Assembly (NCBI GenBank): GCA_041746575.1
Contig: JBGTGT010000098.1
Location: 32,001-96,000 of the forward strand
DNA length: 64,000 nt
From: Microcystaceae cyanobacterium
GTDB lineage: Bacteria; Cyanobacteriota; Cyanobacteriia; Cyanobacteriales; Microcystaceae
Reading direction: 5' to 3'
Shown here: positions 1 through 8,863 of the stretch, piece by piece
Position numbering within the stretch: the first letter of the stretch is position 1
Layout: the number at the start of each line of letters is the position of its first letter
Program-made: the position numbers and the translations under genes
The notes under the pieces: model-generated
Told to the model about the DNA's origin: nothing
Database searches by the model: none
Seen by the model: the letters and a program-made list of their open reading frames with translations, nothing else

Positions 1-621
1 TTGTCGCTGAAAGCGTCCCCATGGACTCCAAGCTCCCCAATCTTTCTGTAAAGCCGGAACCAGTAAAAAAGCAGAGTTTAAGGGGGAATCAAAGGAATCT
101 AACATTTCAGTTAGGTTTTTTTGGATTTTTTGATATCTTTCTCCTTCATAAATGCCAAAAACGACTTGTAAAATTACCTGTAAGGTGATCTTTTGGGTGA
201 GGCGACGGCCGACAAAAACGTGGTGGGGTGGAATTGCCCGCATAACTTGTTCTGTAGTGTCTAGGATGGCCTGACCATAGGAAAGTAATCGTTCTCCATG
301 AAAGGGAGGAGCTAATAATTGTCGTCTTTGTTTGTGTTGTTCGCCACTCAGCAGAAAAAGCGAAGAATCACCCGTAATTGGCCGTAAAGTTTCATTCATG
401 TCTCCGGGCGCACTGAATTCCCGACGATCATTGGTCAATATTTGTTGTAGTGCTTCAGGGTGACTAACGTATATGGGGGAATAGCCAAAGCCTACTGATT
501 TTGTGATAAAGAGATCGGGATATTGCTGATGATTTTTCTGGAGATAAGCAACGGGATCTAAGATCCATTCCAGTCTTTGGCGAAAAGCAGAACCTTTGGC
601 AACGGGTACAGTTTGAGTCAT
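1..621 (-). CDS. Cytochrome P450 (CYP110-like), N-terminal part; runs off the window start
   Basis: Not in the ORF track. Manual translation from ATG at 621: MTQTVPVAKG...YVSHPEALQQILT...SLFLLSGEQHKQRRQLLAPPFHGERL...ITLQVILQVVFG..., typical of a P450 N-terminal half. Confidence 0.85.
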   Translation of the reverse strand, partial: MTQTVPVAKGSAFRQRLEWILDPVAYLQKNHQQYPDLFITKSVGFGYSPIYVSHPEALQQILTNDRREFSAPGDMNETLRPITGDSSLFLLSGEQHKQRRQLLAPPFHGERLLSYGQAILDTTEQVMRAIPPHHVFVGRRLTQKITLQVILQVVFGIYEGERYQKIQKNLTEMLDSFDSPLNSAFLLVPALQKDWGAWSPWGRFQRQ

Positions 622-863
622 TTGACAAAAATAAAATTGCTAGGGATAAGGATGAGGAGAGCTTTTATTATTCTCTTGTGAGATATTGTACTTTATCTCC
701 GAAGAAGCGTTTGAGGATAAGTATCGATGTTCTTCCCTATGAGACAAGATTAGGGTGAGGATTAAATTAGAATGAGCAACAGATTGAAGTCATTTTGACA
801 GGAAATTTGGCACAATATTTTCAATGCTGTCTAACCAAAAATGACTGAATTAACAGAGTAAAT

Positions 864-889
864 AAGGTGGGCAATGAAAACCCACCCTA
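864..889. repeat. Imperfect GGTGGG...CCCACC palindrome just after the gltB stop; REP-like remnant or terminator
   Basis: aaggtgggcaatgaaaacccacccta. Confidence 0.4.
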
Positions 890-899
890 AGAATAACCC

Positions 900-3800
900 T
901 TAACTTCCGCCGATTCGGGCAACATCACGGGCATTTTCTTCAAACGCAGCCGTTAGCGCATCATCTCCACTTAAACCTGATTCTAGGGCTTTTTTGAGAC
1001 AAGCTAGCACCCGTTTGTAATCACGCGGCATGACCTTGACAAATTTACCTACATAGTCTTTCCAATTAGCCAAGACTTTAGCCGCCTTTTGACTTTGGGT
1101 GTATTCAAGGTGTTTATCAATCATGTGACGGACTTTATCGAGGTCTTCCTCGTCCAAGGGTTCAATATCGGCCATTTGCTGGTTACAACGGGTGGCAAAG
1201 TCTTCTGCTTCATCGAGGATATAAGCGACACCCCCGCTCATTCCTGCGCCAAAGTTGCGTCCGGTTGCGCCTAAGACCACCACGTTACCTCCCGTCATGT
1301 ATTCGCAAGCATGGTCACCGACTGCTTCGACAACAGCGTTAACCCCTGAATTACGGACACAGAAGCGTTCTCCTGCGACGCCATAAATATACGCTTCCCC
1401 AGCGGTTGCTCCATAGAATGCCACGTTACCGATGATAATATTCTCTTCAGGAATAAAACTGGAGACTTTGGGAGGATAAACGATAATTTTCCCACCGCTT
1501 AAGCCTTTTCCGACGTAATCATTGCCGTCGCCTTCTAATTCCAATGTCATTCCCTTGGGAATAAAAGCACCGAAGCTTTGACCTGCGCTACCTTGGAAGT
1601 GTAAATGGACGGTATCTTCTGGCAAACCTTCCCAATGGCGTTTGGTAATTTCGTTACCGACAATGGTGCCGACAACACGGTTAATATTCGTAATGGGTAA
1701 AGTAGCCGTAACTTTCTCTCCATTTTCAATGGCTGGCTTGCATAAATCAAATAAAACTGTCATATCTAGGGATTTTGCTAAGCCGTGATCTTGAGGAATT
1801 TGGCAATAACGTCCGACTTCTGGCGCAACTTCGGGTTGATAGAGAATGGGAGAAAGGTCAACCCCTTTTGCTTTCCAATGAGAAATCGCTTTTTTTGGCT
1901 CTAGGACATCGGTACGCCCTATCATCTCGTTAAGGGTACGGAATCCTAGCTGTGCCATAATTTCCCGTAGTTCCATGGCAATAAACTTCATGAAGTTGAC
2001 CGTATAGGCAGGATCACCCATGAATTTTGCCCGTAATTCGGGATCTTGAGTTGCTACACCGACAGGGCAGGTATTTAGGTGGCAAACACGCATCATAATG
2101 CACCCTAGCGTGACCAATGGTGCAGTAGAGAAACCATACTCTTCGGCACCCAATAAAGCCGCAATGGCGATATCTCGGCCGGTTTTGAGTTGTCCATCGG
2201 TTTCAACCACAATACGCGATCGCAAGTTATTCAGCACAAGGGTTTGATGGGTTTCGGCGAGTCCTAATTCCCACGGTAATCCGGCGTGTTTGATCGAAGT
2301 TTGAGGCGACGCACCTGTACCGCCATCATGTCCTGAAATCAGCACCACATCAGCGTGTGCCTTAGCAACCCCTGCCGCAATCGTGCCAACTCCAACTTCT
2401 GAGACTAATTTGACGTTAATTCGCGCATTTCGGTTAGCATTTTTGAGATCGTGAATTAACTCGGCTAAGTCTTCGATGGAGTAAATGTCGTGGTGAGGGG
2501 GGGGAGAAATTAAACCGACACCGGGGGTAGAATGACGCACCTTAGCAATCCAAGGATACACCTTCCGACCGGGCAGTTGTCCGCCTTCACCCGGTTTTGC
2601 GCCTTGTGCCATTTTAATCTGTAATTCCTTTGCTTGGGACAAATAAAGGCTGGTTACGCCAAAACGTCCCGATGCCACCTGTTTAATCGCACTGTTTTTA
2701 GAATCCCCGTTTTCGTTTGTCCAAGTATAGCGTTCGGAAGCTTCTCCTCCTTCCCCCGTATTAGACTTACCGCCAATTCGGTTCATCGCAATCGCTAGAG
2801 ATTCGTGAGCTTCCTGAGAAATTGAGCCATAACTCATTGCTCCTGATTTAAAACGCTTCATAATGGCTTCAATCGGTTCAACTTCCCCTAGAGGAATAGG
2901 TTCACGGTCTTTAAAGCTCAATAACCCCCGTAAGGTAAAGAATTTTTCGTTTTGTTCGTTAATTTGCGTTGCATATTTCTTATAGAGTTCATAATCTCCC
3001 GTTCGCGTCGCCTGTTGTAAGCTATGTATGGCAAGCGGACTGAGTAAATGTTCCTCTCCATCCTTGCGCCATTTGTATTCACCCCCGACATCGAGGGTGT
3101 GACCGTTAACCTCACGGTCTGGGAAGGCGTGTTCATGACGTAGAATAGCTTCTTGAGTAATTATGGCTAAATCTGACCCTTCAATACGTGAAGCTGTCCA
3201 AGAGAAGTATTTATCCACGACAGATTTATTTAAGCCAATTGCCTCGAAAATCTGCGCGCCTCGGTAGCTTTGCAAGGTAGAAATGCCAATTTTAGAAGCA
3301 ATCTTAATGACACCTTTGGTGGCGGCTTTGATGTAGTTCTTACAAGCGGTTTTGTGATCTACATTCAAAACTGATCCTTCTTGGATCATTTGATCCATCG
3401 TTGCAAAGGCAAGGTAAGGGTTAATTGCACCGCAACCATAGCCTAAGAGGACAGCAAAATGATGGACTTCGCGCGGTTCACCCGATTCGAGAACTAAACC
3501 CACCTTAGTGCGAGTGCCATTGCGAATGAGATGATGATGCAATCCTGCAATTGCTAAGAGGGCAGGAATCGCCGCATTTTCCTTGTTAATATCCCGATCT
3601 GAGAGAATAATGATATTATAACCCTCTGCGATCGCTTGATCGGCATTTTGGTAAAGGGCAGTCATCGTAGACTCTAATCCTTTGACTTTTGCTTTTGGAT
3701 TAAAGAGAATGGGTAAGGTGATAGATTTAAAATCGCCCTTGGAAACATTTTTTAACTTTGACAACTCTTCATTACTGATAATAGGCGTATTCAGCTTAAT

Positions 3801-5501
3801 AAGGTTACAACTCTTGGGAGTCGGTTCGAGTAAGTTGCTTTCTGCTCCTATCGTTGTAATGGCAGAAGTGACAATTTCTTCTCGAATCGGGTCAATGGGA
3901 GGATTGGTGACTTGGGCAAAAAGTTGCTGAAAATAGTTATAAAGAAGCTTAGAACGCTCAGAAAGTACCGCTAACGGGGTATCTGTTCCCATTGCGCCTG
4001 TTGCCTCTACTCCATCCCGTGCCATCGGGGTTAAAAGCAATTGCAACTCTTCAAAGGTATAACCAAAGGCGGTTTGTTGTTGGATAATTGAAGACAGTTT
4101 ATTAATGTCAACCGTTTCTATTTTGGGTTCAGGTGTGGGTAAATCCGCCAAATTCACCAGATTTTCCTTCAACCACTGACGGTAAGGCTTTTCGGTAACA
4201 ATTTTCTGCTTAATTTCTTCATCGGCAATGATGCGGCCTTCCTCCATATTAACCAAAAACATCCGTCCGGGTTGTAATCGTCCCTTAAATGCCACTCTTT
4301 CAGGTTCAATCGGCAAAACCCCCGCCTCTGATGCCATTATCACTAGATCATCTTTAGTGACATAATAGCGCGACGGACGCAACCCATTCCGATCTAAGAC
4401 AGCCCCCATCATCGTACCATCCGTAAAGGCAATAGAGGCAGGACCATCCCACGGTTCCATCAAACAGGAATGATACTCATAGAACGCCTTTTTCTCGTCA
4501 CTCATCGATTCATGATTTGCCCAAGGTTCAGGAATCATCATCATAACGGCGTGAGGTAAAGAATAGCCCGACAAAGCCAGTAATTCTAAGGCATTATCAA
4601 AAATAGTCGAGTCACTGCCCTCAATATTAATCACCGGTTGCACTTTTGCTAAGTCATCCCCAAACACGTCAGAGTGAAATAACGCTTGACGCGCGTGCAT
4701 CCAGTTAATATTACCTCGCAAGGTATTGATTTCACCATTATGAGCAATGTAGCGATAAGGATGAGAACGTTCCCAACTGGGGAAGGTATTGGTACTAAAA
4801 CGAGAATGAACCAAGCCTAGCGCGCTTTCCATGTCTGGATCATGCAATTCTGGATAATAATCCCCAACTTGTGCGGTAGTCAGCATTCCTTTATAGACCA
4901 TCGTACGACCTGATAAACTGGACATATACCAGTAACTATCCACTTCAGGCACACGAATCGCGACGTGAGCTTGCTTGCGAATGACATAAAGCTTTCTTTC
5001 AAAGGCTAAATCGTCTTTCAAGGCAGGATTTCGGGCAATAAACACCTGTTGCATAAAGGGTTCACTGGATTTAGACGTATTCCCCAATGTTGAGTCATCA
5101 GTAGGAATATTGCGCCACCCCAAGACAGTCTGTCCCTCTTTTGCGGCAACCTTCTCAAAAATACGCCGTCCTTCTGCTCTTTCTTCTGCATTGGGTGAAC
5201 CGTAAACCATCCCAACGCCATATTCTTCGGGTTCAGGAAGAGTAATATTTAGTTCTGAAGTGACCTTTTTGAGGAATTTATGGGGAATTTGCATTAAAAT
5301 CCCAGCTCCGTCTCCTGTATTGACCTCACAGCCACACGCACCGCGATGTTCTAGGTTAACGAGAATCGTTAATGCTTGTTCAATAATATCATGGGATTTC
5401 TGTCCTTTTTGATGTACGATAAAACCGACACCACAGGCATCATGTTCATATTGGGGATTGTATAAGCCTTGTTTTTCGGGAGTTTGGCTATTTTTCATCA
5501 T
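900..5501 (-). CDS. gltB: Glutamate synthase large subunit (NADH-GOGAT type)
   Basis: 1533 aa; EHDACGVGF amidotransferase start, [3Fe-4S] motif [14 protein letters not shown]- and C-termini resemble GltB rather than GlsF; no gltD adjacent. Confidence 0.92.
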   Translation of the reverse strand: MMKNSQTPEKQGLYNPQYEHDACGVGFIVHQKGQKSHDIIEQALTILVNLEHRGACGCEVNTGDGAGILMQIPHKFLKKVTSELNITLPEPEEYGVGMVYGSPNAEERAEGRRIFEKVAAKEGQTVLGWRNIPTDDSTLGNTSKSSEPFMQQVFIARNPALKDDLAFERKLYVIRKQAHVAIRVPEVDSYWYMSSLSGRTMVYKGMLTTAQVGDYYPELHDPDMESALGLVHSRFSTNTFPSWERSHPYRYIAHNGEINTLRGNINWMHARQALFHSDVFGDDLAKVQPVINIEGSDSTIFDNALELLALSGYSLPHAVMMMIPEPWANHESMSDEKKAFYEYHSCLMEPWDGPASIAFTDGTMMGAVLDRNGLRPSRYYVTKDDLVIMASEAGVLPIEPERVAFKGRLQPGRMFLVNMEEGRIIADEEIKQKIVTEKPYRQWLKENLVNLADLPTPEPKIETVDINKLSSIIQQQTAFGYTFEELQLLLTPMARDGVEATGAMGTDTPLAVLSERSKLLYNYFQQLFAQVTNPPIDPIREEIVTSAITTIGAESNLLEPTPKSCNLIKLNTPIISNEELSKLKNVSKGDFKSITLPILFNPKAKVKGLESTMTALYQNADQAIAEGYNIIILSDRDINKENAAIPALLAIAGLHHHLIRNGTRTKVGLVLESGEPREVHHFAVLLGYGCGAINPYLAFATMDQMIQEGSVLNVDHKTACKNYIKAATKGVIKIASKIGISTLQSYRGAQIFEAIGLNKSVVDKYFSWTASRIEGSDLAIITQEAILRHEHAFPDREVNGHTLDVGGEYKWRKDGEEHLLSPLAIHSLQQATRTGDYELYKKYATQINEQNEKFFTLRGLLSFKDREPIPLGEVEPIEAIMKRFKSGAMSYGSISQEAHESLAIAMNRIGGKSNTGEGGEASERYTWTNENGDSKNSAIKQVASGRFGVTSLYLSQAKELQIKMAQGAKPGEGGQLPGRKVYPWIAKVRHSTPGVGLISPPPHHDIYSIEDLAELIHDLKNANRNARINVKLVSEVGVGTIAAGVAKAHADVVLISGHDGGTGASPQTSIKHAGLPWELGLAETHQTLVLNNLRSRIVVETDGQLKTGRDIAIAALLGAEEYGFSTAPLVTLGCIMMRVCHLNTCPVGVATQDPELRAKFMGDPAYTVNFMKFIAMELREIMAQLGFRTLNEMIGRTDVLEPKKAISHWKAKGVDLSPILYQPEVAPEVGRYCQIPQDHGLAKSLDMTVLFDLCKPAIENGEKVTATLPITNINRVVGTIVGNEITKRHWEGLPEDTVHLHFQGSAGQSFGAFIPKGMTLELEGDGNDYVGKGLSGGKIIVYPPKVSSFIPEENIIIGNVAFYGATAGEAYIYGVAGERFCVRNSGVNAVVEAVGDHACEYMTGGNVVVLGATGRNFGAGMSGGVAYILDEAEDFATRCNQQMADIEPLDEEDLDKVRHMIDKHLEYTQSQKAAKVLANWKDYVGKFVKVMPRDYKRVLACLKKALESGLSGDDALTAAFEENARDVARIGGS
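2216..2223. repeat. HIP1 octamer GCGATCGC (representative copy; roughly 30 seen across the window)
   Basis: Further copies near 3628, 7162, 10048, 15406, 18109, 26740, 36610, 45663, 57928, 63890; cyanobacterial hallmark. Confidence 0.9.
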
Positions 5502-5540
5502 TTAATGAACCTTATCAGAGAAATAGGGATAGGATGACAG

Positions 5541-5559
5541 AAGGGGACACTTTCCCCTT
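5541..5559. promoter_or_regulatory. Hairpin in the gltB 5' region
   Basis: AAGGGGA-cactt-TCCCCTT, about 40 nt upstream of the gltB start. Confidence 0.35.
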
Positions 5560-5629
5560 GTACTAACTTTCCATTGTGTCTTAGGATTCAGGAAGCGGCG
5601 CAGATTTTAAAGAATTATTTAAGTCTGGG

Positions 5630-5902
5630 TTAAAATAATTGGTACACTTCGCCACGAGAGGCAATCAATCAAATGGTAACTCTTTTAGCTTGTTCATCAA
5701 TTTTAAACACAACTTGCCAGTTTCCAACCCGATAGCGAAATTTTCCTGCTAACGAACCTTTTAAGGATTTAATATTAGGATGTTGCTCAGGATTTTGGGA
5801 CAATTGCTCAAAACAACGATTCAACTGAGATGCTCATGAATTATCGGCTTTTTGCTCAAATCTTTGTGCTTTACAGCTCAAAACGAGTTGCTTCTTGAGC
5901 AA
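5630..5902 (-). pseudogene. RelE/ParE-family toxin pseudogene
   Basis: Manual translation QLVLSCKAQRFEQKADNS*ASQLNRCFEQLSQNPEQHPNIKSLKGSLAGKFRYRVGNWQVVFKIDEQAKRVTI*LIASRGEVYQLF*; RelE-like motifs, two in-frame TGA, no ATG start, no antitoxin. Confidence 0.85.
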
Positions 5903-5915
5903 GCAATAATTACTT

Positions 5916-5938
5916 GGGCGCAAGCCTTTCGCCCCGAC
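5916..5938 (-). repeat. REP palindrome copy downstream of the RAYT gene
   Basis: GGGCGCAAGCCTTTCGCCCCGAC, 21/23 to GGGCGCAAGCCTTGCGCCCCTAC. Confidence 0.85.
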
Positions 5939-5956
5939 AGGGGGAATATATTGGGT

Positions 5957-6520
5957 TTAAAATAAGAAATCAATCAAACAGCCAGAAGAGCGAATAGATG
6001 GCTTTTGGGGATCATCTTGCCATCGCAAAGGATTATGATCAATATATTGCCGAATTCGATTTAATTGTTGTTCGTTGCGTATCACTGTTTCGTAATAATT
6101 ACGTTGCCAAACCAACGGCTTTTCATCCCCACAAATTCGCTTAATCTTCTTTGTCACCGATGCTTTAAAACCCGCCACAAACGACGACAAAGACTTCGGT
6201 TTCCGTATTGCTACCCCCGTTTTCTGCAGGGGCGCAAGGCTTGCATCCACTGGGAGAATGATCACAATCCCATGTAAATGATTCGGCATAATCACCCATT
6301 CATCCAATTCAATTTCTTGACGTATATCTACAGACTTCAACCATTCATTTTTAACCAATTTACCCACTTGATTTAAAATCATTTTGCCCCCATCAATTTC
6401 CCCAAATATACATTGTTTCTGGTAAGTACAAAGGGTTATGAAATACATACCCTTTTGAGAATAATCATAATTCTGGAGACGAATTGAACGACGATTATGA
6501 TAGGACGGATGGTTATTAAT
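5957..6520 (-). mobile_element. REP-associated tyrosine transposase (RAYT/TnpA-REP, IS200-related HUH Y1 family)
   Basis: YFITLCT, HUH motif MPNHLHGI, WQRNYY, catalytic Tyr in YIDHNP; the family N-terminus HNRRSIRLQNYDYSQKG continues in frame upstream of the ORF-track ATG (6448) to ATT at 6520; flanked by REPs. Confidence 0.92.
6226..6248 (+). repeat. REP copy inside the RAYT coding sequence
   Basis: GCAGGGGCGCAAGGCTTGCATCC, 20/23 to consensus; encodes DASLAPLQ on the minus strand. Confidence 0.85.
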
Positions 6521-6559
6521 AAAATATTAGTAGGAAAGGAATACACGACACGATCAACC

Positions 6560-6677
6560 GTAGGGGCGCAATGCTTGCGCCCTTGCTTGCGCCCATAAAA
6601 TTGTGATTGGCAATGCAATAACCCCACATTCACGGGCGTAATCAATACATTTAGGGGCGTAAGCCTTACGCCCGTAC
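6560..6677. repeat. Inverted REP doublet (REPIN/BIME-like) between RAYT and pilin
   Basis: GTAGGGGCGCAATGCTTGCGCCC at 6560-6582 (right arm duplicated to 6594) and inverted GGGCGTAAGCCTTACGCCCGTAC at 6655-6677; remnant GGGCGTAA at 6634. Confidence 0.88.
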
Positions 6678-6682
6678 GAAAT

Positions 6683-6713
6683 AAAAAAGGTGAAGTGAAT
6701 CAACCACCCCACC
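6683..6713 (-). terminator. Intrinsic terminator of the pilin gene
   Basis: Minus strand GGTGGGGTG-gttgatt-CACTTCACC (with G-U pairs) followed by T6. Confidence 0.7.
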
Positions 6714-6764
6714 CATTTATTGTCTTTATTCCCGTACGAGCGATACTAAGCCATGCCCAACGGA

Positions 6765-7283
6765 TTATTTGACAGCTGTTGTGTTATTGCCGCAATCAAC
6801 ATTATTAGTAGCTTGTTCACCGTAGTCTTTGACGTTAGATGCCGCGAGAGTGGCATCTTTATCGCCCCGACAAACAACAGTAGAAAACGCCCGGGTGCCA
6901 GTGTTGTAGGAAACACCTCCGAGAAAGTCTCTTGTGCCATTTTTACTGTTAGCAGCATCGTCTGCTAAGATGACCCCTAGAGCAGGCATCGTATAATCAT
7001 AGTATTTGCCCTTTTCTAAGGGAACTTCTAAAGAAGCCGCATCATTTGCGAAGGTGGTATATTCAGTGTAGTAGGCTTGTTGTGCGCGGTTAACTGCACC
7101 CACTTGAGATTTTGCTTCAGATTCCCGTGCTTTACCGACTTGTCCGAGGAGGTTAGGAAGAGCGATCGCGGCTAATACCCCAATGATAATAACAACAACT
7201 AATAATTCAATTAAGGTGAAACCTTTGTTAGCTTTTTTGTTGGAGAGTTGGTTGAGAAGGTTGAGTTGGAATTTAGCGTTCAT
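6765..7283 (-). CDS. pilA: Type IV major pilin (PilA1-like)
   Basis: Prepilin cleavage motif G|FTLIELLVVVIIIGVLAAIALPNLLGQVGKARESEAK; C-terminal Cys pair. Confidence 0.92.
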   Translation of the reverse strand: MNAKFQLNLLNQLSNKKANKGFTLIELLVVVIIIGVLAAIALPNLLGQVGKARESEAKSQVGAVNRAQQAYYTEYTTFANDAASLEVPLEKGKYYDYTMPALGVILADDAANSKNGTRDFLGGVSYNTGTRAFSTVVCRGDKDATLAASNVKDYGEQATNNVDCGNNTTAVK

Positions 7284-7336
7284 AATTGATTTTTTTCCTT
7301 GCGGTAGGGGTTTGTTTTTTTCTTTCTAGCATCAAC

Positions 7337-7342
7337 ATACCC
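7337..7342 (-). promoter_or_regulatory. Possible SigF/SigJ-type promoter element of the pilin gene
   Basis: GGGTAT on the minus strand about 55 nt upstream of the ATG, resembling the GGGTAA element of cyanobacterial pilA1 promoters. Confidence 0.35.
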
Positions 7343-7422
7343 ACATCGATTCAGTTTGATATCACCCCCAGCAAAAATTTTTGGGGATTAGGATAAAGAA
7401 GCGGAATCCAAATTCAGTTTAC

Positions 7423-7437
7423 GTAGGGGCGTAAGCC
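7423..7437 (+). repeat. Truncated REP (GTAG plus left arm only)
   Basis: GTAGGGGCGTAAGCC, after which similarity is lost. Confidence 0.7.
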
Positions 7438-7454
7438 CTCTCTCTCAAAAAAAA

Positions 7455-7570
7455 TTGACGCCCCCCAAAATTCACACCCCCAAACGTCCACGAAATGTTC
7501 ACACCCCCAAAATGTCCACGAAATATTGACACCCCCAAAATGTCCACGAAATGTTCACACCCCAAAAATA
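7455..7570. repeat. 27-28 bp tandem repeat (3 full plus 2 partial units)
   Basis: TT(C/G)ACACCCCCAAAATGTCCACGAAAT(G/A) starting at 7471, 7498 and 7526; partial units at 7455 and 7554. Confidence 0.9.
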
Positions 7571-7912
7571 TTCATATTAAATCCGTTTGATTAATCATGA
7601 AATGGGATGACGCCAATATACACTTTTGGGCGCAAGCCTTGCGCCCCTACGGAATTACGGAATTATGGAATTATGGTTATTTAAACGCATTGTATATTAC
7701 ATCTGAATGTACCCACACAATGTTCATCCCCCCAAAAATATTCATATTAAATCCGTTTGATTAATCATGAAATGGGATGACGCTAATGTACACTTTTGGG
7801 CTTTTGGGCGCAAGCCTTGCGCCCCTACGGAATTACGGAATTACGGAATTATGGTTATTTAAACACATTGTATATTACATCTAAATGTACCCACGAAATA
7901 TTTACACCCCAA
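7551..7912. repeat. About 170 bp direct duplication; each unit has a perfect REP and an 8-bp microrepeat
   Basis: Units about 7551-7720 and 7721-7900; GGGCGCAAGCCTTGCGCCCCTAC at 7628-7650 and 7806-7828, each followed by (TA[C/T]GGAAT)x3. Confidence 0.92.
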
Positions 7913-7943
7913 CGCGCCTCAAAAAGGTTGGGTTTGCCGTGCA

Positions 7944-8807
7944 TTATGGTTCACTGTTCAACGTTTCTGCCTTGAGATTAACTGTTTTAACCTCCCCTGA
8001 TTGGCCAAGCTGTTCAAAAGGTTCTTCATTAAGAGATATCTTCACACCCCCTGCATTCCCCGCCAACAGACGAATTTCTTCTTTTCCTGTCCATTTTTGT
8101 TGGTCACCTGGCAGTAAAATCCCTTCATAGACCGTTTTCCCGTCCGCCGTAACTCTTACCCATGCCCGTTCCGTAATTTGTACCGATAGAGTAAGAGGAC
8201 TATCCTTTTTCAGAGGAGAAGGAGATGGAGAAAGCGTCGGTGACGGCAGAGGAGAAGGAGAAGCAATCACAGGAGAGGGTTCAATCAAAGGTGAGGGTTC
8301 AACCTCAACAACAGTTTCAGGTACAGGACGACGCATATAGAGATAACCCGCTAAACCGCTAAGAGCCGCTAGTACAATTAATAAAAAAGGTAAAAATTTG
8401 CTCATTCCTCCTGATTTTTGCCCTGCAGAGCGACTTGTATAAAGGGGAGTCGTTGGGGGTGGCGTTAAGGTTTGGGTGGAATTATTGTTAGATAGTTGTT
8501 CTTTTTGTAGAGAGAGATGTTTCTTAGAATTGGGGGGAAGCGTGTCTGGAATTTCGCTGAGGGTTTTCGCCAGTTCTGCGCCATCAATGCCCAATAAATC
8601 GGCGTAACGACGAATAAACCCTTGCACATAAATTTTTTCGGGCAGTTCATCTGTATTTCCCTCTTCCAATGCCCGCAAGACGGTATGACTAATAAAAGTT
8701 CTTTCAGCCACATTTTCTAAAGTTAAAGAATGAGCGAGGCGTTGCTGTTGTAAGTAATTGCCAACATCTTTAATTTGGGCGATTTGTTCGGGGTTATAGT
8801 AGGTCAT
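7944..8807 (-). CDS. RodZ-like protein (HTH, transmembrane helix, DUF4115)
   Basis: N-terminal HTH (LEEG..LPEKIYVQGFIRRYA), TM segment, Pro/Ser linker, AWVRVTADGK...AGNAGGV. Confidence 0.85.
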   Translation of the reverse strand: MTYYNPEQIAQIKDVGNYLQQQRLAHSLTLENVAERTFISHTVLRALEEGNTDELPEKIYVQGFIRRYADLLGIDGAELAKTLSEIPDTLPPNSKKHLSLQKEQLSNNNSTQTLTPPPTTPLYTSRSAGQKSGGMSKFLPFLLIVLAALSGLAGYLYMRRPVPETVVEVEPSPLIEPSPVIASPSPLPSPTLSPSPSPLKKDSPLTLSVQITERAWVRVTADGKTVYEGILLPGDQQKWTGKEEIRLLAGNAGGVKISLNEEPFEQLGQSGEVKTVNLKAETLNSEP

Positions 8808-8863
8808 AAGTGTATATTAAGATTGAATAAGGGGAATTTTTGTGATTTTTGTATTTTCAAGCG

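Noticed and set aside
900..5501. Ferredoxin-GOGAT glsF
   Set aside because: The N-terminal [13 protein letters not shown]...GACGCE and the C-terminal tail fit GltB better.
5957..6520. IS200/IS605 insertion sequence with TnpB or an omega-RNA
   Set aside because: No tnpB or iscB is adjacent; the N-terminal motif and multiple REPs indicate a RAYT.
6436..6645. 69-aa ORF upstream of RAYT as a real gene or frameshifted N-terminus
   Set aside because: It is translated REP DNA; the conserved RAYT N-terminus is in the main RAYT frame.
6765..7283. DGR target or silent pilin cassettes
   Set aside because: No reverse transcriptase and no second near-identical pilin segment in the window.
7423..7912. 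CRISPR array
   Set aside because: The intervening sequences are near-identical duplicates rather than unique spacers, the repeat is a GTAG-type REP, and there are no cas genes.
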